64,000 nucleotides of DNA from the NCBI GenBank assembly GCA_963793425.1, contig CAWCAG010000005.1, forward strand, positions 1,408,001-1,472,000, read 5' to 3'. The notes beneath the pieces were generated by a model. That model made no database searches and had not been told where the DNA came from. It was given only the letters and a program-made list of their open reading frames with translations. The translations under genes and the position numbers were made by a program. The DNA comes from an uncultured cyanobacterium. GTDB lineage: Bacteria; Cyanobacteriota; Cyanobacteriia; Cyanobacteriales; CAWCAG01. Shown here in pieces: positions 40,285-49,738 of this stretch (positions within the stretch are counted from its first letter, which is position 1; every line of letters begins with the position of its first letter).

Positions 40285-40935
40285 ATGCTATTAGAATTAA
40301 AAAGATTTTCTGCACCTGTTGGTCAAAAATTGCTGTTAAAAGATGTCACTTGGCCAGAATTTGAAGGTATCTTGCAAGAATTAGGTGAACATCGTAATAG
40401 CAGAATTGCTTATGATCAGGGAAAATTAGAAATTATGACCCCTTTACCAGAACATGAAGTTAATAAAGTTTTTGTGGGGGATTTTATCAAAGTATTATTA
40501 GAAGAATTAGATATAGAATTTTATCCTCTAGGTTCAACAACATTTAAAAATGAACTAATGCAACAAGGAATAGAACCAGATGATTGTTTTTATATTGAAA
40601 ATGAAGCCGCTATTAGAGGGAAAAATCGCCTCGATTTAACCATTGACCCCCCACCAGATTTAGCCTTAGAAATTGATATTACCTCTCGTACCCATCCCCA
40701 GATTTATGAAGCTTTAGGAGTTGGGGAATTGTGGCGTTTTGAACAAGGAAAGTTAAAGATTTATCAGCTACAAAAAGGTGGCTATGTTGAAACAGTTTTT
40801 AGTCCTCATTTCCCTGATTTTCCCTTAACTGAAGTTATTCCAGAGTATTTAAACAAAGTTAAGCAACAGGGAAGAAATAAAACGATGCGGGAGTTTAGAG
40901 AGTGGGTGACATCTATGATTAAATTTGGTTTGTAA
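40285..40935 (+). CDS. Uma2 family putative endonuclease
   Basis: LEIMTPLPEHE, GSTTFK, IEPDDCFYI, PPPDLALEIDITS, GVGELWRF. Confidence 0.92.
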   Translation: MLLELKRFSAPVGQKLLLKDVTWPEFEGILQELGEHRNSRIAYDQGKLEIMTPLPEHEVNKVFVGDFIKVLLEELDIEFYPLGSTTFKNELMQQGIEPDDCFYIENEAAIRGKNRLDLTIDPPPDLALEIDITSRTHPQIYEALGVGELWRFEQGKLKIYQLQKGGYVETVFSPHFPDFPLTEVIPEYLNKVKQQGRNKTMREFREWVTSMIKFGL

Positions 40936-41139
40936 GCTCGAAATTTGTCTGAAAAAACACCAAAGTAACTGATAAAATCTGGAAAGGTGGCGCTTACATA
41001 GCAAATCTTACCTTGAATTACTAGTTAGCCTGCTTGCAATCTTATTTAGGAAAGCATTTCCAAGTCTTTTTATAAGGTGGCTTAGGTTGCAGTTTTTGAA
41101 GTAAGTGAGATGTAATTGAGATAGTCAACAAGGTAAATT

Positions 41140-42666
41140 ATGAACGTTTATCAAAAATCATTCAAGCTGATTTTAGCAGGCAATAGAAACGTTCCTGCTA
41201 TGATAAACGCTATAGTTAGGGCTACTTTGCAAGCTCGAAATGATACACAAGATAGTACCTCAACCTTCCGTCAAGTACATATTTTTCATACCGAGCAGTC
41301 ATTACAGGCTCTTACAACTTCAGCAACTTGGCAAGAAGCTTTAGAATATCATGAAATCTCCTCAACTAGCTTAGTACATCATGTAACAAAAATAGAAGAC
41401 TCTAACGTTGATAGATTTAGGGATCTTGTAGAGCAATTACGAACGATTGTGAATCCACTTGATAATGCAAAAAACTATATCGATCTGACAAGCGGTATTT
41501 CATCTCTTAAGTCTATTCTTGCTGTTTTTGCTTATGTACTTGATATAGAAAATATTTATTCTTTGGAAATAGACTTCTCTGATGATCCAGCCATCAGAAA
41601 AAAACAAGCTGGTCTTTTCTACCATGAGCTAGTGCAAGAAGGTATAGGTATAGAGTACCGCAAGTTCCCCCCTATCAGAGAGTTTGATACTTTTGGAAAA
41701 TTGAACTATACCGAAGTTTTACGTCATCGCTCGATTATTAATGAGCTTGTAGGTAGTTTGACAAGCTTATTACCTACTGGACTTGATCTGGAACATTTGC
41801 GAGAGTCACTACTATCGGGAATTAATTCTCGTTTGATCGGTGAAGTTACTAAAGAATCTTATAGTTATCGTCACTCTATTTTTGCCTCATCTGCTGGTAT
41901 TGAAGAGATTTCAAATATCATCCTGACTATCGTCAAAAATGCCGACTTGGAAAATAAAACACTTGGTCAGAATCTGACTGAAGTGAGAGATGTTTTCTCT
42001 AAAAATCCTAAATATTTTGTTAATACTGAAACATTAGAACACCTTACTAGATTGATAACTTCGATAAGAAATGATATTGCCCATCCTTCTTCAGAAAATG
42101 GCTATTCAAAAGAAATAACAGCTATTCAGTCTCGGTTATCCTCTCAGTTGGCATTTGCATTTCTGCAATTTACGACAAAAACGTTGAGTGCCTTTCTAGA
42201 TCAGAATGGCCAACTTGTAGATGTTCAAGTTCTTGAAACACCACTTGAAGAAGATCATACAGTTTTTTACTTTGGCTTCGACGGTGATTCTACTGGTGAC
42301 TATTTAGATATGGCATTTGGTGAGTCGAACGAGGATAAAGTAAGACAGCGAAGTCAGATAGTACATCACGCAATTAATGAATTAAAGAAGTTGATTTATA
42401 AAGAGACAAAAGACCATCACAGCGTACTTTTTGCTGAAGGTGATAATATTCTCTTTAAAGCACGTTATCGGGTAAGTTTGCTTAACGAGCTAAAAAGAAT
42501 TTATAAGGTTAAAACCGGTTTAACGGGCAGTATAGGATATGGTGAAACTTTGCCTGAAGTTGCGTTAGCGATGCGTCTATCTAAAGCAAAAGGTGGAGAC
42601 AATGTCATGAGTATAATTTTAAAAAATTCTGAAGAAGCAGGTACTTCAGATTCAAACGCAAGCTAA
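41140..42666 (+). CDS. CARF-HEPN-mCpol (minimal CRISPR polymerase) fusion protein
   Basis: N-terminal CARF-like (VHIFHT, YIDLTSGISSLKSILAVFAYVL); central HEPN R-x4-H (RNDIAH); C-terminal palm domain YFGFDGDSTGDYL...LFAEGDNILF...TGSIGYG...ALAMRLSKAKG. Confidence 0.8.
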   Translation: MNVYQKSFKLILAGNRNVPAMINAIVRATLQARNDTQDSTSTFRQVHIFHTEQSLQALTTSATWQEALEYHEISSTSLVHHVTKIEDSNVDRFRDLVEQLRTIVNPLDNAKNYIDLTSGISSLKSILAVFAYVLDIENIYSLEIDFSDDPAIRKKQAGLFYHELVQEGIGIEYRKFPPIREFDTFGKLNYTEVLRHRSIINELVGSLTSLLPTGLDLEHLRESLLSGINSRLIGEVTKESYSYRHSIFASSAGIEEISNIILTIVKNADLENKTLGQNLTEVRDVFSKNPKYFVNTETLEHLTRLITSIRNDIAHPSSENGYSKEITAIQSRLSSQLAFAFLQFTTKTLSAFLDQNGQLVDVQVLETPLEEDHTVFYFGFDGDSTGDYLDMAFGESNEDKVRQRSQIVHHAINELKKLIYKETKDHHSVLFAEGDNILFKARYRVSLLNELKRIYKVKTGLTGSIGYGETLPEVALAMRLSKAKGGDNVMSIILKNSEEAGTSDSNAS

Positions 42667-42743
42667 CACTTCTCGAAAGTGGACGGACAATATCTGCTGA
42701 GTTTTGTCGTTTACGAAATATAAATAAAATAAACTCCTAAACT

Positions 42744-42908
42744 ATGAAAATAACCTTAACCCCAGCCCAACAAAACTTCATCCAAGCCAAAATTTCAACA
42801 GGCAAATACCAATCTACCCAGCAAATTATCAAAATTACCCTCCGTTTGTTTGAGGAATATGTCAAGACCTCAATGATAGATAACATCACAGACAACCAAG
42901 CAAAATAG
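42744..42908 (+). pseudogene. ParD-like ribbon-helix-helix antitoxin fragment with no toxin partner
   Basis: Manual translation MKITLTPAQQNFIQAKISTGKYQSTQQIIKITLRLFEEY... (54 aa, below the ORF-track cutoff). Confidence 0.65.
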
Positions 42909-42922
42909 GAGCCAACCACATT

Positions 42923-43501
42923 ATGATCGCAGTAAAAGACAATTCCCCACAGTTGACCCCTCAAGAGTATTTTGCTTGGGAAGAAAAGCAATTAGAAAAG
43001 CACGAGTATATCGACGGGCAAGTATATGCCATGAGCGGTGGCAGCAAAAACCATAGTTTAATCTCCGTTAGATTCATTACTTTGTTTGCTAATCATCTAA
43101 AAGGGAGTGGCTGCGAAACTGGTAACTCAGACCTCAGAGTTAACATTTTTGGAACTAATGATTATACTTATCCAGATGTCAGTATAACCTGTAGTGACCA
43201 GGATAAAACTACGACTCAATACATTACCCATCCCTGTTTAATTGTTGAGGTTTTATCAGATAGCACTGAAGCCTACGACAGAGGCGGCAAGTTTAGAATG
43301 TATCGCAAAAACCCAGCTTTAAGGGACTATTTATTAGTTAGCTCTAGCCGTGTTGAAATAGATTTGTATCACAAAAATGATGCAGGTGAATGGATAATTA
43401 TTAATTACCAAAAAGGAGACACCATAGAACTTGAAAGTATTAACCTCAGTTTCTCCATAGAGCAAGTCTATCGCAACCTCAGCCTCACACCAGAATCTTG
43501 A
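42923..43501 (+). CDS. Uma2 family putative endonuclease
   Basis: KHEYIDGQVYAMSGGS, YTYPDVSITC, LIVEVLSDSTEAYDRGGKF. Confidence 0.92.
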   Translation: MIAVKDNSPQLTPQEYFAWEEKQLEKHEYIDGQVYAMSGGSKNHSLISVRFITLFANHLKGSGCETGNSDLRVNIFGTNDYTYPDVSITCSDQDKTTTQYITHPCLIVEVLSDSTEAYDRGGKFRMYRKNPALRDYLLVSSSRVEIDLYHKNDAGEWIIINYQKGDTIELESINLSFSIEQVYRNLSLTPES

Positions 43502-43578
43502 GCCGTTTTAGACAATGCCTGAGTTTGATTTAGCGATCGCCCAGTATATCCCATTTAAGAAAATCATCTTTCACATCC

Positions 43579-43607
43579 TTGACGCTTTTGTATTACAACT
43601 GTAATAT
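43579..43607 (+). promoter_or_regulatory. Sigma70-type promoter of rtcB with overlapping palindrome
   Basis: TTGACG (43579-84), 17 bp spacer, TAATAT (43602-07); inverted repeat TATTACA-AC-TGTAATA (43591-43606). Confidence 0.65.
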
Positions 43608-43641
43608 GTAATTAGTTATCAAATAGAGAGGCGATTTAGCC

Positions 43642-44823
43642 ATGCCCTACGAAAAACTAGACTTATCTACACAAAAACCAGTGCTTTCTTGGGCAGATCA
43701 TAGCCTTGGTTCCCAGGAAACCAAAATGGCTAAGAATGTTGCTTCTCTGCCCTTTGTTTTTAAGCACGTTGCCTTAATGCCAGATGTTCATCTTGGTAAA
43801 GGGGCTTTGGTTGGCTCTGTCGTTGCAACCAAAGATGCAGTCATTCCTGCGGCTGTGGGAGTTGATATTGGTTGTGGTATGGCAGCGATTAAAACGCCTT
43901 TTGTTGCTGAACAACTGGAAGGTAAACTCAAGAAAATTCGTACCGATATTGAAGCCGCTATTCCTGTTGGTTTCAACCAGAATAAAGAAACTGACAAAAC
44001 CGTAACTAATTGGCAAGGATGGCAAGACTTTAAAGAATTGCATCCTGGGGTCAAACACTTGGATGGGAAAGCCCTGAAACAAATGGGTTCCCTCGGCGGT
44101 GGCAACCACTTTATTGAACTATGTCTTGACACAGAAGACCAAGTATGGTTGATGTTACACTCTGGTTCTCGACACATCGGCAATAAGTTGGCACAATGTC
44201 ATATTGGTACAGCAAAGGAGTTAGCGAAGTTAGCTGAAAATTCTTTACCAGATCGCGATCTTGCTTACTTTGTAGCGGGGACTCCTGAATTTGCGGCTTA
44301 CTGGCGAGACTTACAATGGGCGCAAAATTATGCCCGTTATAATCGCGATGTAATGATGAAGCGTTTTAAGGCGATTGTGGAACAATACTTAGCCGGGGGC
44401 AAGCCGACTAAGCCTTTGCTTTCTGTTAACTGTCACCACAACTACGCCGAAAAAGAAGTTCACTTTGGCGAAGAAGTCTACGTTACCCGTAAAGGTGCTG
44501 TCCGTGCGAGGGAAGAAGACTATGGTATTATTCCTGGGTCTATGGGGGCTAAATCCTATATCGTTAAGGGTAAAGGCAACCATGACAGCTACTGTAGCTG
44601 TTCCCACGGTGCAGGGCGTTTGATGTCTCGTACCAAAGCGAAAAAGAACTTTACTATTGACGATTTGGTTAAACAAACCGAAGGGATCGAATGCCGTAAA
44701 GATGAAGGGGTTTTAGACGAAATTCCTGGGGCTTACAAACCTATCGAAACGGTAATGAAACAGCAAAAGGATTTAGTAGAGGTTGTTGCTACTTTAAGAC
44801 AAGTAGTTTGTGTAAAAGGCTAA
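43642..44823 (+). CDS. rtcB: RtcB family RNA 3'-phosphate/5'-OH ligase
   Basis: MPDVHLG, VGVDIGCG, GSLGGGNHFIE, HSGSR, HHNY, RKGA, PGSMG, SHGAGR, DEIPGAYK. Confidence 0.96.
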   Translation: MPYEKLDLSTQKPVLSWADHSLGSQETKMAKNVASLPFVFKHVALMPDVHLGKGALVGSVVATKDAVIPAAVGVDIGCGMAAIKTPFVAEQLEGKLKKIRTDIEAAIPVGFNQNKETDKTVTNWQGWQDFKELHPGVKHLDGKALKQMGSLGGGNHFIELCLDTEDQVWLMLHSGSRHIGNKLAQCHIGTAKELAKLAENSLPDRDLAYFVAGTPEFAAYWRDLQWAQNYARYNRDVMMKRFKAIVEQYLAGGKPTKPLLSVNCHHNYAEKEVHFGEEVYVTRKGAVRAREEDYGIIPGSMGAKSYIVKGKGNHDSYCSCSHGAGRLMSRTKAKKNFTIDDLVKQTEGIECRKDEGVLDEIPGAYKPIETVMKQQKDLVEVVATLRQVVCVKG

Positions 44824-44845
44824 CTTAAACTCATATTTCTTTACC

Positions 44846-44875
44846 ATAGAGGCATCCCCTGGGGAATGCCTCTAT
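44846..44875. terminator. Strong hairpin after rtcB
   Basis: ATAGAGGCAT-CCCCTGGGGA-ATGCCTCTAT. Confidence 0.6.
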
Positions 44876-44895
44876 TCGATTTTAAACACAAGGTA

Positions 44896-45849
44896 ATGAA
44901 AGAACTTTATCCACCCATCCAGCCTCACCGCCAAGGAAACTTACAGGTTTCTGAGTTACATAAAATTCATTGGGAAGAATCAGGGAACCCTCAAGGCAAG
45001 CCAGTTATTTTTCTTCATGGTGGCCCTGGTGGGGGAATTGTCCCGGTTTATCGCCAATATTTTAACCCGGAAAAATGGCGAGTGATTATTTTTGATCAAC
45101 GGGGTTGTGGGCAAAGTACTCCCCATGCAGAGTTACGAGAAAATACTACTTGGGATTTGGTTGAAGATATTGAGAAAATTCGCCAACATTTAGGAGTGAG
45201 TCAATGGCTAGTTTTTGGGGGTAGTTGGGGTAGCACTCTTTCCCTGGCTTACAGTCAAACTCACCCAGAAAATTGTTTGGGTTTAATCCTGCGGGGTATC
45301 TTTATGTTACGTCGCCAAGAATTGCTATGGTTTTATCAAGAAGGTGCAAGCAGAATTTTCCCTGAAGCTTGGCAAGAATATCTTAAGCCTATTCCCATGG
45401 CAGAGCGCCAAGATTTAATCTCCGCTTATTATCAAAGATTAACCAGTGCAGATCCTCAAATACGCAAAGAAGCAGCACGGGCTTGGTCAATTTGGGAAGC
45501 GAGTACCAGTAAACTATTACCATCTCCCCAATTAATCAAAAATTTTGGTGCCGATCGGTTTGCTGAAGCCTTTGCCAGAATTGAATGTCATTATTTTATG
45601 AACGGCGGCTTCCTTGAAGATGAAAACCAACTCCTACAAAATATTGACTCTATTCGCCATCTTCGAGGGGTAATTGTGCAAGGGCGTTACGATGTCGTCT
45701 GTCCGATGATTAGTGCCTGGGAATTACATCAAGCTTGGCCAGAAGCAGAACTTGTTATTATCCCCGATGCTGGGCATTCTATGACTGAACCAGGTATCCG
45801 CAGTGCTTTAATTACCGCAACAGATCGTTTTTATAGCACTACGCAATAA
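44896..45849 (+). CDS. pip: Proline iminopeptidase
   Basis: LHGGPGGG, DQRGCG, GGSWGSTL, QGRYDVVCP, DAGHS. Confidence 0.95.
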   Translation: MKELYPPIQPHRQGNLQVSELHKIHWEESGNPQGKPVIFLHGGPGGGIVPVYRQYFNPEKWRVIIFDQRGCGQSTPHAELRENTTWDLVEDIEKIRQHLGVSQWLVFGGSWGSTLSLAYSQTHPENCLGLILRGIFMLRRQELLWFYQEGASRIFPEAWQEYLKPIPMAERQDLISAYYQRLTSADPQIRKEAARAWSIWEASTSKLLPSPQLIKNFGADRFAEAFARIECHYFMNGGFLEDENQLLQNIDSIRHLRGVIVQGRYDVVCPMISAWELHQAWPEAELVIIPDAGHSMTEPGIRSALITATDRFYSTTQ

Positions 45850-46082
45850 GGTGAGGACATCTTGAAATCTCTAAACTACAATACATCCTCATCTTCATCT
45901 TCCCTACTCCCTACTCCCTAGCGCTTTAGGATTGCGATCACAGCAGAAATGCAAAGCCTCCTAGAGCGTATTCTGTCTAGATGGTACTTCTGCTGTTATT
46001 GTTAAAGCAACTTGCCTTTTAGCTACCGCAACCGCGATTCTCGATAGAATAGTTGAGAGAATGCCGAATCTAAACTTAAGCA

Positions 46083-46850
46083 ATGACCTCAACTCCAGAA
46101 TTAGAAAAGCCTGCATCAAACAACGAAGATAACTATCTCAGTGAATTACCAGATGAGATAGAAATGTCGTTATTCGACCACCTCGAAGAATTACGGCAAC
46201 GCATTTTCTATGCTTTAATCGGTACTGTCGTGGGAATAGTTGGTTGTTTTTTGGCTGTACGACCCATTGTTCAGTTACTAGAATTGCCTGCTGATGGAGT
46301 CAAGTTTCTCCAATTAGCCCCAGGAGAATTCTTTTTTGTATCCATAAAAGTAGCTGGTTATAGCGGCATAGTTATTTCTAGTCCTTGGATTCTCTACCAA
46401 CTGATTCAATTCATTTTACCGGGCTTAACAAGGCGGGAAAGACGTTTAATTGGGCCGGTTGTTTTGGGTTCCAGCGTCCTGTTTTTCCTGGGTTTGATTT
46501 TTGCTTATGTAGCTTTAATTCCGGCGGCACTGAACTTTTTTATTAGTTATGGTGCAGATGTGGTAGAACAACAATGGTCAATTGATCGCTACTTTGAATT
46601 TGTCTTACTTTTGTTGTTCAGTACTGGCTTAGCTTTCCAAATTCCCATTGTGCAACTACTCTTAGGTTTGTTAAGGATCGTCTCCTCCAAAAGCATGATT
46701 TCTGGTTGGCGTTATGTAATCTTGGGGGCTTTAATTCTGGGGGCAGTACTAACACCTTCAACAGATCCTGTTACCCAATCTCTCTTGGGAGGTGCGGTTT
46801 TGAGCCTTTATTTTGGTGGTATCGGTTTAGTTAAGTTAATTGGTAGGTAG
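46083..46850 (+). CDS. tatC: Twin-arginine translocase subunit TatC
   Basis: MSLFDHLEELRQR, FILPGLTRRER, FQIP, LTPSTDP. Confidence 0.97.
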   Translation: MTSTPELEKPASNNEDNYLSELPDEIEMSLFDHLEELRQRIFYALIGTVVGIVGCFLAVRPIVQLLELPADGVKFLQLAPGEFFFVSIKVAGYSGIVISSPWILYQLIQFILPGLTRRERRLIGPVVLGSSVLFFLGLIFAYVALIPAALNFFISYGADVVEQQWSIDRYFEFVLLLLFSTGLAFQIPIVQLLLGLLRIVSSKSMISGWRYVILGALILGAVLTPSTDPVTQSLLGGAVLSLYFGGIGLVKLIGR

Positions 46851-46895
46851 TTCAAAGAAGGGAGTAGGAAGTAGGATTAAACTTTTTTAGAGATA

Positions 46896-47780
46896 ATGAA
46901 TAAACAAAAATTTAGTAGAATTTGTAGCTTATCGTTGGGGTTGTTACTCCTTTGTGTTAGCCCTGCTTATGCTTCTGAAGTTTCTATTCCCGTTGCTTCA
47001 GAAGAACAACAGCCCCACCAAGAGAAGATATTAACAGAACTAGAACAAGCTAATATCATTTATCTAGGAGAAAATCATGACAGTCTTGAAGATCATCAAG
47101 CCCAGTTAGAAATTATTCAAGCCCTGTATCAAAAAAATCCTCACCTTACCATCGCCTTAGAAATGTTCCAGCGTCCTTTTCAGGGGGCCATTGACGCATA
47201 TTTAGCTGGAGAAATTACCGAAGAGGAGTTAATTGAACGTAGTGAGTACGAACAACGTTGGGGGTTTCCTTGGGAATATTATGCACCCATTCTTCGTTTT
47301 GCTAAGGAACATAATTTATCAGTTTTAGCTCTCAATGCCCCCACAGAAGTAACCAGGAAAGTTGCCCGTCAGGGTTTAGAAAGTCTCACGGAAGAAGAAA
47401 AAACTTATCTTCCCCCCCTTGCTGAGATTCGTACCGATGATGCAGAATATCGGCAGATGTTGCAAGAAATCTTTCAAATGCACTCCCATCAAGGTCATGG
47501 TAATAGTGCTGGCTTCGAGAATTTTTTTGCAGCACAGGTGGTTTGGGATGAAACTATGGCTAAAACTATTGCTGAGTTTTATCAAACTAACCCCAGCCAA
47601 CAAATTATCGTTTTAGCAGGCCAAGGTCATATTGTTTACGGTTATGGTATACCCCAACGAGTTGCCAGAAGAATTAAGCAAGATTCATTTACCCAAATTT
47701 CTGTATTATTAGGAATTACTGAAGAAGAGATAACCCCAGAAAATGAAGAGGCGATCGCCGATTATTTTTGGTTCCAATAG
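46896..47780 (+). CDS. ChaN/PhuW-like haem-uptake family protein
   Basis: IYLGENHD...HQAQL, ALEMF, QVVWDETMA, LAGQGHIVYGYGIP. Confidence 0.85.
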   Translation: MNKQKFSRICSLSLGLLLLCVSPAYASEVSIPVASEEQQPHQEKILTELEQANIIYLGENHDSLEDHQAQLEIIQALYQKNPHLTIALEMFQRPFQGAIDAYLAGEITEEELIERSEYEQRWGFPWEYYAPILRFAKEHNLSVLALNAPTEVTRKVARQGLESLTEEEKTYLPPLAEIRTDDAEYRQMLQEIFQMHSHQGHGNSAGFENFFAAQVVWDETMAKTIAEFYQTNPSQQIIVLAGQGHIVYGYGIPQRVARRIKQDSFTQISVLLGITEEEITPENEEAIADYFWFQ

Positions 47781-47833
47781 AGTGACCCAATTGAAATTCT
47801 GGTTAATTGATAACTGATAACTAATAACTGAAA

Positions 47834-48838
47834 ATGACCACCCCTGAAGAAATTTCCACGAAACTAAGCGCACTACAACAAGAAGCAACAACTGCGATCG
47901 CAGTATCAGAAACCTTAGAAGAATTAGAACAGTTGCGAGTCAACTATTTAGGCAAGAAAGGGCAGTTATCGCAAATCTTACGGGGTATGGGTAAATTATC
48001 CCCTCAAGAAAGACCTCAAATCGGGGCTTTAGCTAATCAGGTTAAAGAAGCTTTACAAGGAAGTTTGATAAGTTGTCGTGAGGGTTTAGAATCAGCCCAA
48101 ATCGCTACCCAATTAGAAGCAGAAACCATTGATGTAACCATGCCTGGGGTTAGTCGTCCCTTGGGTAAAACTCACCCCCTTACCGCCACTATTGAAAAAG
48201 CGGTAGATACTTTCGTCGGTTTAGGTTACACCGTTTCTGAAGGGCCAGAAATGGAAACAGATTACTATAACTTTGAAGCCCTCAACACTCCCCCAGATCA
48301 CCCAGCAAGGGATATGCAAGATACTTTCTATCTCCCTAATGGTAATCTCCTCCGTACCCATACTTCCTCAGTACAAATTCGCTACATGGAAACCCATGAA
48401 CCCCCCATCCGCATTATTGCCCCTGGGAGGGTTTATCGCCGGGATACGGTGGACTCTACCCATTCAGCCGTGTTCCACCAAATAGAATTGTTAGCTATTG
48501 ATCAGGGGCTAACTTTCACTGATTTGAAAGGGACAATCAAGGAATTTTTGGCTCAGATGTTTGGTTCCAACCTAGAAGTTATTTTCCGTGCCAGCTATTT
48601 CCCTTTCACTGAACCTTCAGCAGAGGTTGATATTAAATGGCGAGGTAAGTGGTTAGAGGTGATGGGCTGCGGTATGGTTGACCCCAATGTCCTTAAGGCA
48701 GTTGGTTATGACCCAGAAGTTTATACAGGTTTCGCAGCCGGTTTTGGGGCGGAAAGGTTTGCTTTGGTTCTACACCAAATTGATGATATTCGCCGTTTAT
48801 ATAGTAGCGATTTGCGCTTTTTACAACAGTTCCCATAA
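47834..48838 (+). CDS. pheS: Phenylalanine--tRNA ligase alpha subunit
   Basis: [38 protein letters not shown]. Confidence 0.98.
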   Translation: MTTPEEISTKLSALQQEATTAIAVSETLEELEQLRVNYLGKKGQLSQILRGMGKLSPQERPQIGALANQVKEALQGSLISCREGLESAQIATQLEAETIDVTMPGVSRPLGKTHPLTATIEKAVDTFVGLGYTVSEGPEMETDYYNFEALNTPPDHPARDMQDTFYLPNGNLLRTHTSSVQIRYMETHEPPIRIIAPGRVYRRDTVDSTHSAVFHQIELLAIDQGLTFTDLKGTIKEFLAQMFGSNLEVIFRASYFPFTEPSAEVDIKWRGKWLEVMGCGMVDPNVLKAVGYDPEVYTGFAAGFGAERFALVLHQIDDIRRLYSSDLRFLQQFP

Positions 48839-48859
48839 ATTTAAAATCAAGTTTTAAAT

Positions 48860-49627
48860 TTACTGCTCATAGTCCAGAATTACCTGTACCCAATGAGGAG
48901 GGCGAGGGATGGGATTACCTAATTTATCTAAAACTAATAAAGCTATTAAGTGGACGACAAATAAATAAACAAGATTACTAAAAGTAATTACCACTAAAGC
49001 GATCACTTGAATTAATAACATATTAGGCTGGGCCAGAATTCCTAATTGCAGGAACAACCAATCAGCTATTTCTGTAATTTGGGTAATTACATATACCCAA
49101 AGGTCTTCTCCAAGAAAGATAGACAGTAGCCAGAAGCGGAAAAAGAAACCAAAGCTGCCCAGTATGGTTCCCAATAAAATAGAGGAAATCCAGCTTGCAC
49201 CTCTGCGCCACATATAGCCTAACTGCACCCCCATTAAGCCATAGGGCATCACAAACAGGATGCTACGAGTTGGACCCATCAAAACAGATAATAATAGCCC
49301 AGAGACTAAAGCTGCCATCCAAGCAGCACGATTGCCTCGACGCAGGCAAACTAAGGCAACGGGAATGGGAAAGAAAATGCGTAAAACTGGCCCCAAAGGG
49401 AAATAATAGTTGATTAGCCAAATTAGACTAGCAGTACTGGCTAAAAAAGCTGTCTCTACCATCGTAATGGGAGCGCCAAGACTAACCACCGAGGAAGAAA
49501 TAACTGATTGTTTTTCTTCTTTGGTAGCTAGGGAGGAGGATTCTTCAGCATCAACCCAATTAGTCTCATCGTCCCAAATTTCTTCTTGTTGCTGCTGAGA
49601 GCTATATTCCTTGTCCTGAGAAGTCAT
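48860..49627 (-). CDS. DUF2232 (YybS-like) membrane protein
   Basis: MVETAFLASTASLIWLINYY; multiple hydrophobic helices. Confidence 0.8.
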   Translation of the reverse strand: MTSQDKEYSSQQQQEEIWDDETNWVDAEESSSLATKEEKQSVISSSVVSLGAPITMVETAFLASTASLIWLINYYFPLGPVLRIFFPIPVALVCLRRGNRAAWMAALVSGLLLSVLMGPTRSILFVMPYGLMGVQLGYMWRRGASWISSILLGTILGSFGFFFRFWLLSIFLGEDLWVYVITQITEIADWLFLQLGILAQPNMLLIQVIALVVITFSNLVYLFVVHLIALLVLDKLGNPIPRPPHWVQVILDYEQ

Positions 49628-49738
49628 ATTAAGTTCGTTTGATAGCTTCGCTCCTAGGAAAATATATCAAATTCGTCTACCTCCCATGGCCATAATTTTC
49701 TTGATCAATAAAGTTTTTCTATTCCCAATATTCCCAAT

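Noticed and set aside
41140..42666. Type III CRISPR Cas10 or Csx1 assignment
   Set aside because: The palm domain is only about 130 aa with no HD domain or second palm, and there are no Csm/Cmr genes nearby; mCpol fusion fits better
42737..42991. 84-aa minus-strand ORF
   Set aside because: Antisense to the ParD-like fragment and the Uma2 start, which are better supported
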